Assembly (NCBI GenBank): GCA_905178155.1
Contig: CAJINV010000001.1
Location: 6,827,794-6,891,793 of the forward strand
Length of the DNA stretch: 64,000 bases
Direction of reading: 5' to 3'
Source of the DNA: Amoebophrya sp. A120
Lineage: Eukaryota; Protista; Dinoflagellata
A program made the translations under genes and the position numbers. Each line of letters opens with the position of its first letter. Position 1 is the stretch's first letter. The notes beneath the pieces are model-generated. The model saw only the letters and a list, made by a program, of their open reading frames with translations. It searched no databases and was not told where the DNA came from. Below are positions 19,429 through 32,639 of this stretch, one piece after another.

Positions 19429-22400
19429 TCAACTCTTGTTCCCCACGACCGTCGAATTGCGGTTGGACAGCCGCTTCCTCTGGTTGTCGAACTCGGCCCG
19501 GAAGAATTTCATGCGCACCAGCATCTTCCGCGCGAGCTCTGCCGCTCCTTTCCAGTCCAAGAGCTGGTCGTCGTCCAGGTGCTCGCAGTACTGCCGTTGG
19601 ATTTCGACAAAGTTTTGCCGGAAACTGACCGCGGGAATGCGGTCGAAGTTGAAATCGAAAAACTTCGCGAACAGCTCGCCGATGAAGGCCCGGACTTCCC
19701 CGCGACCCCAGTGGAGATTGGATTCATTCCTGGCCAGCTGGTTGTCGAAGAACGTGCGGACTTCGCTTTGCAGGTCCTCGGTGTCAAACTCCTTGATAGC
19801 CTTCTCGAGCAGATCCTCCGCTAGCAAACCCCCGCTGGAGGCGACGAACCCCGTAGCTGGAGTCTGTGCCGAAGGCCGGGGTGACGGACCGCTGGGAGCT
19901 TCAGCTTTAGGATCGATTGGGTCCTTCGCCTCCCTCGCGCTATGCGGTTGAGAAGAAAGGCGCGCGCCGCCGTCGGATTGTTCGGAGGACGGCACCTGCA
20001 GCAAAGGGTTTCTTGTTTTTGGAACGTTTATTTCTCTGGACGGTGGTGGCGGGAGAGGCATCGTGTTTGGTGGAGCACTGGTGCTTTTAATATCTGGATT
20101 CCTTGCGCTAGGCTTTTCTTGCAAAAGAGGCTTTTCGGGACCTACAGTCTCTACTCTGTCGGTCGTGCTCGTTCTGACCGCCGCTGGCACACTTTCCTCC
20201 GAAACCGGCACTAGGGGTCGAGCGGAAGCAGAAGACGCTGAACTATCCAGTCGAGGAACGGCAACGGCCTCCACGTCTATTTCGAGAACATTCCTTGGAG
20301 TTAGTTCACTTGTCTGGCTCGCGTCTACTGCAGAGCGGCCTGTTTTCATTTCTTCATCCGACAGAAACATCGAGGTATTTGCATCCGGCTGGACCTCGAT
20401 GGTGTGCTGGTTTCGTCGAGCGTCTGTGCCACCGTCAGTAACGGAAGCTGCTGCATCTTCACCGCTTCTTGGATGAACGATTTCTGCTTTATTTGCATTT
20501 CCCTGAGTCACTGTGGATGGGTGTTTCGCTTCTCCTGCTGCGTCGACTACATCCACTAGCTTCTCGGACGAGACCGTGGACATGCGTACAGTTTCGAGTT
20601 CCAGCTCTACCTGGAAAACTTGGCCCACATGCGGAAAGTTCTGCCCGAGCTGCTCCGATTTGGTCGCCTGACGCGCGAACGCAAACCCCTTGTTCAGTAC
20701 TTGCGTTGAGTAATCGATCACAAAGCTCTGGTCCTCCAGGACGTCCACAGGGGTCGTTGGCAAGTCCGGATTGCTTGCGTGGTCTTCGTTCGCAGTGGCA
20801 AAGTCCGTCCCTGCGGTCCCCGACGGGGTGACATCGACCAACAGCTCCTCCGGAGCGCGAATCACAGAGACCTGCTCTGTGTGGCGCGCTTCGAGGTCCG
20901 AGGTAAAAGAACTTTCTAGTTGTGTGCTACGCCGTCGGTCCTCTGCATTTATTGGCAGCAAACTTTTCATCTGCGTTCCGCGGATGAATTCTGACAAGTG
21001 CTGCGTTGTGCGGCGGGCGCGTCGCGTACTGGACGGCGAGCCATTCTTGCTCGAAAGAAACTCCTCGGCAAGGGAGGCGTCGTGATCCTCATCTCTTGGA
21101 GTGCGACCGTGGAGCGAGGATTCCGAAACGACTAACGAATGCAAGGACTCCTGCTGCTCTGCGAAAATTTCGCTACCGCCCTCGCCGCGGGATGCGATAA
21201 CTGTGATTTTATGACGGACTTCATCGTCGACGTTTTGCTGCTCTTCCAAGTCGACGTCTCGCACAAGTTCAGCCCCTGTGCGGCGACCTGTAACTACGGA
21301 ACGCGTACTCATTTTCTCGGAGCCGGCATCTCGACCCTGGATCAAGCTCGATCTTCCTTGCAACTGCTCCGTCAGTGGAGAAGTGCTCTGGAGGTTTCGC
21401 AGCTCGGCAAGCGCGTCCTCGTGGATAGAGCCCCGCTTTATGGCGTTTGTCTCCAACACTTCTGTAGGTTGAATTGCGCCCCGGCTGACACGGTCGGCAA
21501 GCGATGTTGAACCTTCCATCCTGACCTGTTGTCCAGCGTGGACACTGTTTTTCGCGGCCGGAATCGAAACGAAGTCCTCCGCATCTGTTTCCACAAGACC
21601 GCGAATCGGAGCGGATATTACGGATTTCGCTGGGATAAATTGCAGACTGGTGTTGTCCACCAGCGATGTGGACCGTGCCGAGCCGAGCAGCGTGTCGACT
21701 TCGTTGTGGCGGACTTCAGACACCGCGCTGTCGAGCAAATCCTCCCCGTCGGATATGCAGACACTGCCAACCAGACTGTGATCGCTGTGAATTTTGACAA
21801 GCTGCTCGGATGAGGAGGGCTGCGCTTGTCGTTCCTGGGAGCTGCTGTGATTCTCGCACTGCAGTTGGGGAGTCCGGTTTGCTGCATCGAGCAGATAAGA
21901 GGTTGTCGTGATCGAACTTCTAGTTGTAGAGATCTTTTTATCGTCCGTCAGAAGGGGGCTTGTGGGCAAAGATGCATTTTGATGTGTGTCGACATGTTCA
22001 TCTACAGTTGCTTTCTGTAAAAATCCATTTTCTGGTGAGAAAGGCGCGAACACTCGAATTGCTGGAGCAGATTGTGGTTGTGAAAAATCGAAGCCGTGCA
22101 CCGGACTAGTTACCGACGAAGTAGCCGCACCAGAAGATAAATGACCACTGTCGCGGCTCCCCTCCGATCTGCGCTGCTGCTCCGCCGTCGGAAACAGACT
22201 GAGCCGCTGCTGGAACTGCGCCAGGTGGTGCGTCATTCTGGCCTCGGTTTGCTGGATCAGCAACGCCGTCTTCCGTGTTCTCGCAGCCGCCAGAACGCTC
22301 ACGCGTCTCGTTGGTCTCCGGGCCTCGTGCGTGGTCTTGCGGTGCTTCAGGCAACTCTTTCGAGGCAGTTTTGTGTCTGGGAATCGAGCAGACGACTGTT

Positions 22401-25254
22401 GCTGGTCCGATGCGACGCCAGCAGGGACGAGAAGGCTGACATTAGCGGAACTTTCTTCTACTGTTTCCGGTCCTTGCGGCACTAGAACATTGATTTCCGA
22501 CGCTGCGTTCTCCGTTGTCTCGCGTGGCTCGGAAACACCGGCATCCTCGTCGGAAGAATCTTCGTTAGGCCTGCCTGAGTCATCGCTGTCGTCGCCGAGG
22601 CCGGATACCTAAGCATCAGTTTGCCACACTTACACAACACCATACGTCAGTCTGGGCGAAGCAGCATTAGACCCCCTAAGCGAATGAGCAATCATGGGTA
22701 GAAGTTGTGAGATTTTGATTTTCGAAAATGAAAGTGGACAAATAAAGTCGCAAGCACTGCATTGAAATACCTGTTCTAAACCCTTCAAGCTTTCTGTTAA
22801 AACCTCGTACCGGTCCATCGCGTCGACGAGCTCTGCTTCCAGCGTTGTTTTTTGTGCTTCGTTTTCCTCTACCGAGTTTTCCGCCGCCGTCACGGCCTCG
22901 GCACGTTTCCGCTCCAATTCGGCTTTCTGATTTAGCAGCTTTCGTCTTTGGAAGCGTGCATCGTTTTCCAGGCGGCGTGTCTCCTCCTCGATTTGACGCC
23001 TCACTCGCTTCTGAATCTTGTCGTACTTTTTCCGCAGCTTCAAGGTGTCCTCCGTCGCAGTTCCTTGCTTGTCGATGCGGCGCTCCACCTTCCGCGCCTT
23101 TTCGGCCGCGAGTTTCAGTTCTGCGCGAAGAGAGTCAAGCTTCTCACTCGTTGGGACTGCGGGATCAACAGGGTTTCCGCTACTACTTTCGGTATTGCTT
23201 AAAAATACGCCGTCCCTGTTTTTGGTTCTGGGTGTAGAAGAACCGGCGTCACCACCGTTGTCTTCCGCGCCCGACATGCGAGGGGTGATGGACATAGTCG
23301 TGTGGTCTAATAGGTCACGCTCTTCTTGTTCCTTTTCGTCCGCGTCCTCGTCGGTTTCTACCCGGGTAGAAAAGGTGACCCGCGGTTGATGATGTTGACC
23401 ACTTATACTTGTTCCAGCAGCGGCGCTTCCACTCATACTATCCGGGTCGTCAGCATCGAACGGGACAAGCGTCATACCATTTTTTCCCTCCGCGGAGGAG
23501 GTCCTCTCGATCATTTCGTTTTTACCGTTCTCCAGTGGCTCATCATCAATTTTACCTTCAACATCAGCAACGACGCCTCCAAGCTCCTCTTTTACCGCCC
23601 GTATTTGCTCGTCGATCTCTGCGACCGCCGGCTGCAAGAACACAGGCACGCAACACGCTTTGGTCACCGTCTCCAGTTCCACGTTCTTTTTCTCAATCAC
23701 CTTCTTGAGCCGCCGCCGCTCCGCCTTCTCCGCGTCGCGGCTGCGCGAAATGCGGGGCGAAATGTCTTCGTCGATCAGGCTCGCCATTTCGGTTTCCAGT
23801 TTGGATTTCAGATCCGAGAGGTCAGAAAAGAGAACGTTCGAGAGCGAATCAAATTCCGCCTGCATCTGCGCACGATATTTCGCCTCCAAATCCTCCTGCG
23901 TTGCGGCGGTTGGTGGTGGTGCGACAGTAGATAGGGAGGAACTACAAGTGTCCGGACTTTTCACAGGCGTACTCTGGAGAGCCTGGTCGTGGTTTTCGTC
24001 CGTGTTCGTGCCTGTGGTTACAAACGTCTTACTCTCGTCGTCTGTAGCTTGTACGCCGACTTCTACCAAAGCCTCTTGTTCTGTTTGCACGCCGATATCT
24101 ATTGCCGCTTCTTGTTCTGTTTGCACGCCGCTTTCTGCTGCCGCTTCGTGTTCTGTCTGCACGCCGATTTCAGCAGCCTCCGCCTCTCCCAAAGCCAACA
24201 GCGACAGTGTCACCGCGGTCTCTGCGTCGGCCTGCGGAACGCGCGAAGGATCTTCAACTGTAACTATTTCGTCCCCAATGTGGTCTCGGCTACTTTTCAG
24301 CACGTCGAGTTCTTGTTGCAACAAAGTCCTCTGCGTTTCCCATTCTTGTTCGGCTTCAGCGAAACGCGCCTCCCGCTCGCTCCAGCGCTCCATCCATTTC
24401 CGCTGAAAGATTTCGTACTGCTCGGTCTCCTTCGCTTTTTGCACCACCGGCTCACCTCGGTGGTTCATGACGCTGCCTCGATTGCTTCCCCGGGAGCTGT
24501 CGGGGGAGGAAATATCGAAAACCTCCGTATTTCCCGTCTGCAGTAGAGTCGTTCCGCGCGCCGCCTGTGGGATCTCTACCTGCAGCGGTGCTGGTGCGTG
24601 GCCATTCGCTAGTACGGAATGGCGGGGAGGCTGAGATGAAAATTCCTCGTCGTCGTGTACAGGATCTCCTCCAGCTGGCTCTCTACCCCGTTCTACTTCT
24701 GCAGGCGACTCTTCTACTCCGTTTGCTCTCTGCGTCGTCGCGGTAGCTCTGGCTGTCCAGGAAGGCGAGCGATTCCGAGGGGAAAATAACCCACGACGAG
24801 TTTGGTCGATAGTCTCCTGTTGCTGTGCCAAAATGGTCGATAGTTGCCGTATTCGCAGCTCTTGTTCGGTGTAGTGCACTTCCCGCTGTGCGGTGACACG
24901 GCGTTCCGCCTGGACTTCCCTGCGCAGCCGCTCATTCTCCTGCTGTGCCCGCACGAGGTCGCCCCGCAAGGAAGTGGACTCCTGGGCGAGAGATGCCTGA
25001 AGCTTTTTCACGCGTGACCGAAAGGCCTCGGTTGCGGCTGCTTCCAGCCGTCGCTTCACGTCGCGCACCTCCTCCGCTATGACCTGGGCCAGTTTTTTTC
25101 GGTGCCGAGCCCGCCGCTCGCTGTTGCTCTCGACGCGCGCGTGCGCGTGCACGACGCGCTCGTGCACATGATGGTGCGGACGCACAGAACGTCGAGTCAG
25201 ATGTTGCTCGTGTCCTGGTGCAACCGAATCGACAGCCATCTTAACCACAAGCAC
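19429..25254 (-). CDS. Large coiled-coil/disordered protein with GVQT repeats and a possible degenerate EF-hand-like C-terminus
   Basis: Two long ORFs joined by a phase-0 GT-AG intron at 22609-22770; heptad-rich segments. Confidence 0.75.
24040..24175 (-). repeat. 36-bp coding tandem repeat (xGVQTEQEAAxx), about 4 copies
   Basis: TG(C/T)ACGCCG recurs at a 36-bp period. Confidence 0.85.
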
Positions 25255-25817
25255 TTGACACGACTAGGTTTCAAAAACTGGACTTTCCACCATCTGTTCC
25301 TTCGTACAATGTAACAACGATTCGGCAAATCCACTAGGGCTGCGCAGACAAAAAAGAATGGCAACGAGACTGAAGACTTTCCCAACAAAAACTACCGTCA
25401 AGCCTAGTTTGCTGCGGATCCGAAATACAACATATCTATGTAGAGATCATGATCGCTGCTCAAATTGTAGAATCAGCATCGAGTGCGTCAATAACGAACT
25501 TGTTGTTGTTTGGAACTACAAGCGCTGCAAACGCAGGTTAAAGTGAGAGACTGTGACTTTCTTGGTGTTGATGCGCTCGAGGCGTCCGGAGTCGTGTGGC
25601 AGCAATTCGTGTACACTTCTTTCTCTGCCTATTTGTACCAGGCGCGGCATCGACTGCGTAAAAGAGGTCGTATGTTTGCAAACAGAATAGATTGCGCATC
25701 ACGCAGGGACAGGTCGCGCTCCATTCGAAATTGCAAAAATGAAAAGCATCACGGGCAACAACCCATGATGGTGATGGGCCAATACAGCAGAAGTAGGTTG
25801 CCTCTTCTTCATGCGAA

Positions 25818-28800
25818 TCACAGAAAGGGGAAACTGTGCGTCTCAACCGGCTGCGTCGCAAGGGCGATGTTGAACCAGTCCGCCCCTTGAAAATCAGCCG
25901 GCCGCTCCTCGTTCTCCGGGTGTAGGCCCTCGTTGCTGTACACGTGATAGGTCCAGGAGGCCTGCGTGCCGGTGGTTCGGTTGCGCGCCCCGTGGAGATG
26001 AGCCTTGCTTTCCTCGCATCGCTCCATGAGCGCTGAATCCCAAGGCAGCGTCGGCTTCGAGCCGGGGAGAACGCGAGTCCGTAGTCTCAGTGGGACGCGC
26101 TTCTTCATGGCCAGACGCTTTTTGACCCAGCGGTTGTGCAGGTAGTCGAGCCTGGTGACGTACCGCTCCAGAAAACGCGTGTTCATCGAGGCACGCAAAC
26201 AGATCTCATACGTCCGCAGATCAAACGCGTAGGACGCCCCACCGAAGATGCCGTGGAAGCTGCTGACGTATGTGCTGAAGATCGTGCCGTAGTACGTTTT
26301 GTCCGCTTCGCGGGCCATAAGAAGCTCCCCCCTGCGCTCCATCTCGCTAGCTTCCTCGGCTGAGAACTCGGATGAGTTGTCCGGTGCTTCGCCCACAGGG
26401 GCATGATCCTCCGGCGCGCGGGTCTTCGGCTGCAGGTGATACGGCAGCTCGTGGTGCGGTATTGGGTCGTCGTTGGCAGTGCCTTGCAAAGATCTACTTG
26501 CCTTCGTCTCTACGACAGGTGCCGCCGCCGGAGCAGTGGCATTGGTCTCAGCTGCAGGTGCTGCTTCCTTTTCACTCAGTGCCCGTCGGTTTCGTTGCGG
26601 TCTAGTTCGCGTCACACTTGCCACTTTCTTCCCGGACGGACCTTGCACGACGACCACCGCGTTCATGTGTGCATTCTTTTGCCTTGCTAGCTCCGCAGCC
26701 TCCTTCTGCGCTTGCACGATGCGCTTCGCGTTTTCTTCGATGCGGGCTTTCTGGGCCTGTTCCCGCTGGATCCGCGCAATCGCCGTGTCCTCCTCGAGCT
26801 TCAGTTTCTTGGCTTCCTTTTGGTTCTTCTTGTCCTTCTCTATTGCTGCCTTTTTCTCCTTGCCGAAAATGTCCGGGAACAGAAGCTTCTGGAAATAAAA
26901 CTGCCGTTCCAAATTGACGAAATACTCCTTATCCACCAGCAGATCCGAGTCCAAATTCAGAATGAAATCCAAATCTGTCTCATCCCGATAGTAAAGTGCC
27001 ATCCCGGGCTTTGTGTTACTATCTTGTTCTCCTGCTCCGTTATTTTGCTTAACTTCCGAAGGTTTCGTCGACCCAGCATCTGGATTATCGCTCTTACCTC
27101 CAATCGCCTTCGCATTTTCAATCCGATCTTCTTGCTCCTGGTAACTGCGTAGATACTCGCCCTGCGTCTCCACGTATTCTTTATCCAGAGACGCCATCAG
27201 GTCTCTCCCGCTGCTATCCTCGGCAATGTGTTTCGTGTACAGCGCGCGCTTCCGTCCCAATTTTTCACTGGACCCGAACAGTAGGGTTTTGAACCCGTTG
27301 CGCAAATGCGAAGAAATGCTGCCGGAAACCGAGCAACCTGCGCGTGGGAGGCAGACGTGCAGGCGCACAGACAGATCCAAATCCTGATTACTTTCTGGCC
27401 CTCTACTGGGGTCTTTTGTTCCACGATGGTGCGGAGAGGTTTTTCTGCCCGGAAGCTTTGCGGTCTCGTTCGTGAACAGCAAAACGCGCGGCCTCAGCTC
27501 AACGAGGCGGTGATTCGCTATGGACTCGGGCGGGGGGGACTCGGTCGGACTGCCCATGTAGAGCGCCGCAGCGTTTTCGAAAATTGCAGGTTTCGCGCTT
27601 TGCTGCAACCCGGAGCCGGTCGGCAGTAGCCGCCGCGAGTACTGCCGCGTACGGGGGGGCTTCGTGCTGCCAACGCGGGCAGCATCCCAGGCGTTCAAGT
27701 CTTCTGCCTTTAGGAGGACTAGACTTCGTTCCTGACACACCGCGATCTTCTGGCTATTGCTCAGTACCGCAGATTTGATTTGATAGTTCTCCTCTACCGT
27801 TACTCCGGGCCCCGCGACGGCATTCGTGGGGACGAGGCGACGCCGGGGCGGTTCTGGGGAGGACCCAAAAGAACCATCAGTTGTTCTGTCTTCGAGAAGC
27901 GACGCGAGCGCTAGTGCACCATTCGCGGTGTTACTGCCAGCGGGTGCGGTACGAGTAGTACTGGAGCTATTTCCCTTCGTCTCCGACTGCGAAATCGACG
28001 GAGAATGGTCCTCGAAGTGGTCGAACAGATTTCCTAACGCCTCGAAAGCGGTCCTTACAATTCCGACAAATGCAGCGACTACGGACCCGATTGAAGCAGC
28101 AAGAGGTAGCGCCGAGACATCACCGGAAGGTGGCGAGACTGGAGCCGGTGCCGTTGGTTCCGAAACTCCCTCTGTTCTTGTGTCGCTGCTGTTCCAATTC
28201 CAAAATTTCTCTAGCATTTCTGCTTCCAAAACGAGCGCAGGCTGATGAGTTCCGGGACTAGAGCTGTTTGATGTTGTCGGTGTTGCCATAATTGGAGGGG
28301 AAGCAAATGATTCCATCAGGTCATACAGCCCCACGAAGTCGTTCTGCATCCGCCTCTTTGGAGCCGGAGCACCGGGCGGCGTCACGGTAGTTGTTCCCGC
28401 AGCTACAACGGCAGGCCCAGGGGCGACAGTAGTAGCCACCGCGGGTGCAGCAGTGGTTGTTTCGCTCGCGGGAACAACTTGAAGAGTGTCGCTCCCGGGG
28501 GTACGCTTCAGCTCAGCCGTAACTTCGGCCAGGGGTGCTTCCGTCTTACTTTTTATTGCCTCCTCTGGGACCGTGCTGTCCGTGGGGGATGGCCAGTCGC
28601 AAGACTGCGAACGCGTCGCGAGCACCACCTGTATTGCGGCGCTGTGGTAGGCAAGGTCGGCTACTCTTTGTTCCTCCGCCAAGTCGTCGTCCTGCGTTTC
28701 CCAGACCACGTGCTTTGCACCCGGTTCATTCGGATCCGGGGGCGGGATCAAAGTGGCAGGCGCGGGCGTGGTGGTCGTGGGTGCCGCGGTCGTCGTGGGT

Positions 28801-30546
28801 TCGAGCGTTGTGGTCGACGTGATAGCAACCCCTACAACCGGAGGCGCCGTTGTGTGTTGATCCGAGCGCAAAGCCGTCCCAAGCTTCTCATCGATTTCCG
28901 ACGCGGAAAGAACGGTAGTTGTGTGCGAAGCCGCGGGGCTGCTGGACTGAGGGGGTCTTGTGCTCGGTGCCGTCGCTGCGACCATTGGGGTAGGCGTTAG
29001 GACTACCTTGGCATCGTGGTTCCTGCTCGTAGTGCGCTGCACAATCGTCGGGACGGTGCCCGCCAGCTCTTTGGGATGCACCACTCGCACAACAGGTTTC
29101 GCACTTGGGGCCGCGGCCGCCATCGCAGCGGGATGGCTGCCCGCGGATGGTACTCCTGGTGCACGCGGACGAATGACTACGTTCGAGGGGGCACTGTGTG
29201 CCTGCTTGAACACCGGAGCCTCATCGTCCTCGGTGAGCTGCCTCCTTGCTGGTTTCCTTGCGACTCCCACCACCTGATTGGTGCAAAATTTTACGCCACG
29301 ATGGAAACCTGACCTGATCAGGCAAGTGAGTCCTGAAATCCATGAGAGTTCGACCGAAAATCTCTTACTCGTGATAGGCTGGTGAATAGAATTGTCAAGT
29401 GACCAGAGGAAAAATGATCAGAGCTACACTTGTTACCGGCAGTGGGCCCGGAACTGCAGCAGGGGCGGGCGGTGGTGCGGCTTTCGGTTTCGCCTTGCTC
29501 TTTTTCAGCTTCAGCAATGGCATGGTCGTGTACATCGTGGCGCGAACCTTCTCGTTCCCGGGAAACAGGCGGAAAAGCGTCCTGATCGTTTCGCTTGCAG
29601 CGCGCCACGGCTGAATCGGGGCCGCCGCACTTCCGGAAGTAGATGCTGGTTCCACCGCGCTGAAGAGGTTGTGCGCTTCCAGACCCTCACGCACCCCGTA
29701 ATCGTCCTTTAGAGAGTCTGACTGGAGGTAGTCCGGTTCCGAGTGGCTTTCCTGCGTGTCGTCCACAAGCACCACATCGAACGTCCACGTCGGGTTGCGC
29801 ATGGCCGCGTACCGCATCGCGCGTTCCAGGCTCATCCATGCTTTCTGAGCGACGGCCACCCGCTTTCTCGTCCCGTGGAACGGAAAAACGATGCCGAAGG
29901 ACACTTTTTTTTCCTGCACGCCGTCGTCTGTGGCTTTTCGTGACGTGGACGCGGAACGGTGAAACGAGTCGTAGCTGGTAACCTCAAAGTGCGCCGGGAA
30001 CTTGTCGTAGATACCCTTTCCCTTCATCTTTCGTAGAGAAGACGCAACCCCGGACCGTCGATGTACAACCGGTATGGCAGTAGCTGCAGCTGTGCGTGTA
30101 CTATCCAGACTAGATTTATTTTTCTCGGCAAGCTCATCTTTCTCCTCGACTGCGGCCTTCGTTCTTTCCTCAATGGAAGCAGATGACCCGGTCTTGCCCA
30201 CGCCATCGCTTTTCGCTTCTGGAGAGTCCACTTTAGTCCCAGCTGCTCCAGCTTTTTCCGCCTGTCTTGAGCTCTCATCCAGCTCCGCGTGCTTCGCCCT
30301 CTGAACCACTTGCGAAGCTCCTGCAGTTCCAGCTTTTTTCCGAGGCGAGTCGAACAAAACAAAGCCTCCTTCTGTAGGCGCTAACGTCCGGACGCTCCTG
30401 CTTCTTCGCAACAAGATGCTGGGTGGATGCTGGTCGAAAGTTGTCTCCTGGCGGCAATTGCTTCCCCGCCATTGCGACTCAACTCCGAAGTACGCAACCA
30501 GGACGATCGGAAAAAGCAACCTCATCCATGGCGGGGGGCTCTGCAT
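25818..30546 (-). CDS. Type II membrane GT-A-fold (GT2-like) glycosyltransferase with large mucin-like insertions
   Basis: N-terminal TM anchor; motifs SFGIVFPFH, VVLVDD, DFILNLDSD (DxD), GGASYAF, WD, SWTYH. GT-AG intron at 29274-29436. A further 3' exon is possible. Confidence 0.6.
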
Positions 30547-31008
30547 ATGACAGTCGCGCTGAAAACGTGCAAGACGACGACGATATAGCGAACGTCACAC
30601 CGATGACAACGATATTTCGACAATTTTTGCGCAAGCTCGGTTCAAATATTGCGCCCCTCGCCTGGTAGTGCAGGACATAAAATTGCACACTTCTTTCGTT
30701 CCGCTTCGAATTTATTTGACGAACAACAGTGAACATGTAAATGGAAAACCTCAAGCTGTCGCCAGGATCAATCTAGCAAAGTCGACCCTTTGTTTGCACC
30801 TCTTGCAAGTACCGCGAGCTTTTCAAGCTTCTCCAAGGCTGACAACATCGATCTTCAGCCAACTTGAACACGAAAACCGATAGAACGGTCGATTCCTTTC
30901 GAGTCAACTCGAACCAGGATCATGTGGACTGCGATGTTTTTGCGTAAGCAGATGCGGTTTAGCGGATTGCAGTGAAGCTCCTCGAAAACTTCATTTTCCT
31001 CGTAAATG

Positions 31009-31893
31009 CTATGATGTCGTTTGATACAGTACTTCGCCGATCTTTCGCATCTGATCCTGTTGCAACCGCCGGCGGCGGACCAAGAAGTATCCTCTCCAGA
31101 GCACCATGAGGAACAAAAAGTTCACCACGGCCGGGCGCCACTGAAAGGGCGGCAACACGCGGTTGCCCCGACCAGCCTCGGCCTCTTCAATCTCCTCCTG
31201 GTTCACGACAACCCAGCGGCCCTTCCGAAACCGCCACTGCTCGTCGGTGTGCATTGGTAACACGAGGCGGCGGACTTTCTTTAGCAAATAGATCACGTTT
31301 TGCACAACGTGGTCCATCAGGAAGTTCTTACTCTTCTCTAAACACTCGTAGGACTTGTCCAGAATGTGACTGTTGAAGGAGAGAAACTCCTCAAACTTGT
31401 AGAGTGACTCCGCCGTCGGGCCGAACAGCTCCGAATTCTGCTGCATGCCGCCCATCTGCTGCATCCCCCCTCCCATCCCGCCGTAGCCGCCCATTGCACC
31501 CCCGTACATTCCGCCTCCTATCCCGCCGTACCCAACGCCTCCTGTGGAGAGACCGTAATTGCTGTTGTCCGTGGTGGCTAACGTCGTTTCACCGATGGCG
31601 GCACCCCCGCGATTTGGGTCGGTGGAAGAACTCGCACCACCCACCTCTTCGCTGCCTCCGAGAAGCGGTTCGGTTTGCCCGCCCAAGGGCAGTCCCAGAG
31701 AGGAAGGCTGCGAGTCTAACGTGCCGATCGGTTCGTCGTCCAGAAGACCCACGCCGCCTACGGGATCCAGCGGCACAGCGCTGTCGAGCACACCGTTCGG
31801 GGCTCCGCTGTGGAATCGCTCCGCCACAACATCGCCGCTGACCGCTCCTTGTTTGCGTCGCAGCCAGGGCTTCACGGGCGGAATTGAGGTCAT
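31009..31893 (-). CDS. PEX13: Peroxin 13-like protein (no SH3 seen)
   Basis: N-terminal PPVKPW, YG/MG-rich region, amphipathic ESLYKFEEFLSFNSHILDKSY segment, C-terminal TM. Confidence 0.55.
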   Translation of the reverse strand: MTSIPPVKPWLRRKQGAVSGDVVAERFHSGAPNGVLDSAVPLDPVGGVGLLDDEPIGTLDSQPSSLGLPLGGQTEPLLGGSEEVGGASSSTDPNRGGAAIGETTLATTDNSNYGLSTGGVGYGGIGGGMYGGAMGGYGGMGGGMQQMGGMQQNSELFGPTAESLYKFEEFLSFNSHILDKSYECLEKSKNFLMDHVVQNVIYLLKKVRRLVLPMHTDEQWRFRKGRWVVVNQEEIEEAEAGRGNRVLPPFQWRPAVVNFLFLMVLWRGYFLVRRRRLQQDQMRKIGEVLYQTTS

Positions 31894-32639
31894 CAGTGCT
31901 GAATGAAAAGTTGTCTAGCACTAGGTGTATATTATTACGCAGAGAGAAGATTGTGGTTGATGGAAGATCTACTACAGCTGCAAAAAAACTAATGAGTATG
32001 AGTGACACATCCGAAATCAAACTTTCGATATCCAACCCAAAACAGAAACAAAAAAGCAGCTAGGTAGTGTCTGTATGTCGATGGATACTAACGTGCAACG
32101 AATGAAGAAAGAGAAGAAAGTCACAGCTGCGTAGGTTGGACCAACACCAAGCTACCATGCGTCAAGGAATAAACCCTTGCATGTGTTCACGCTCACGCGT
32201 ACTTACATACGATTAACTTGATCCCCGCAAATCGAACATCAACATCTTCATCAGTGTCACACTTTGCTGCTTCATAACACGCGGATCTTAATATGCTCGG
32301 TTTTTTCGGGAGATCAGAGTGGTGCTGCTTTTCTTTCGCAAGGGTGCTGCAGCCGAGAAAAATAGTTGTCGAACGAGCAATGAATCCATCGTCATGTCGT
32401 GGCCGTAGAGTCTGGCAGGATATGATAGAGAAAAACCAAAAATCCGCTAGGGGAGAGCAACAGAAGGGAAATTTGCAAAACAAACTTATTTCTAAAAAAG
32501 TTATGTCGTGACGTTGTTCGTACTGCCGTCCGGACGCACGCAGAATCTTACAAGAAAAATGATTTGCCGCAGCCCACACACGGCAGGGAGGTCGCCATCG
32601 GTCCCAGGACGAGGTCATCGGCGCCGGTCTGTCGTTAAT

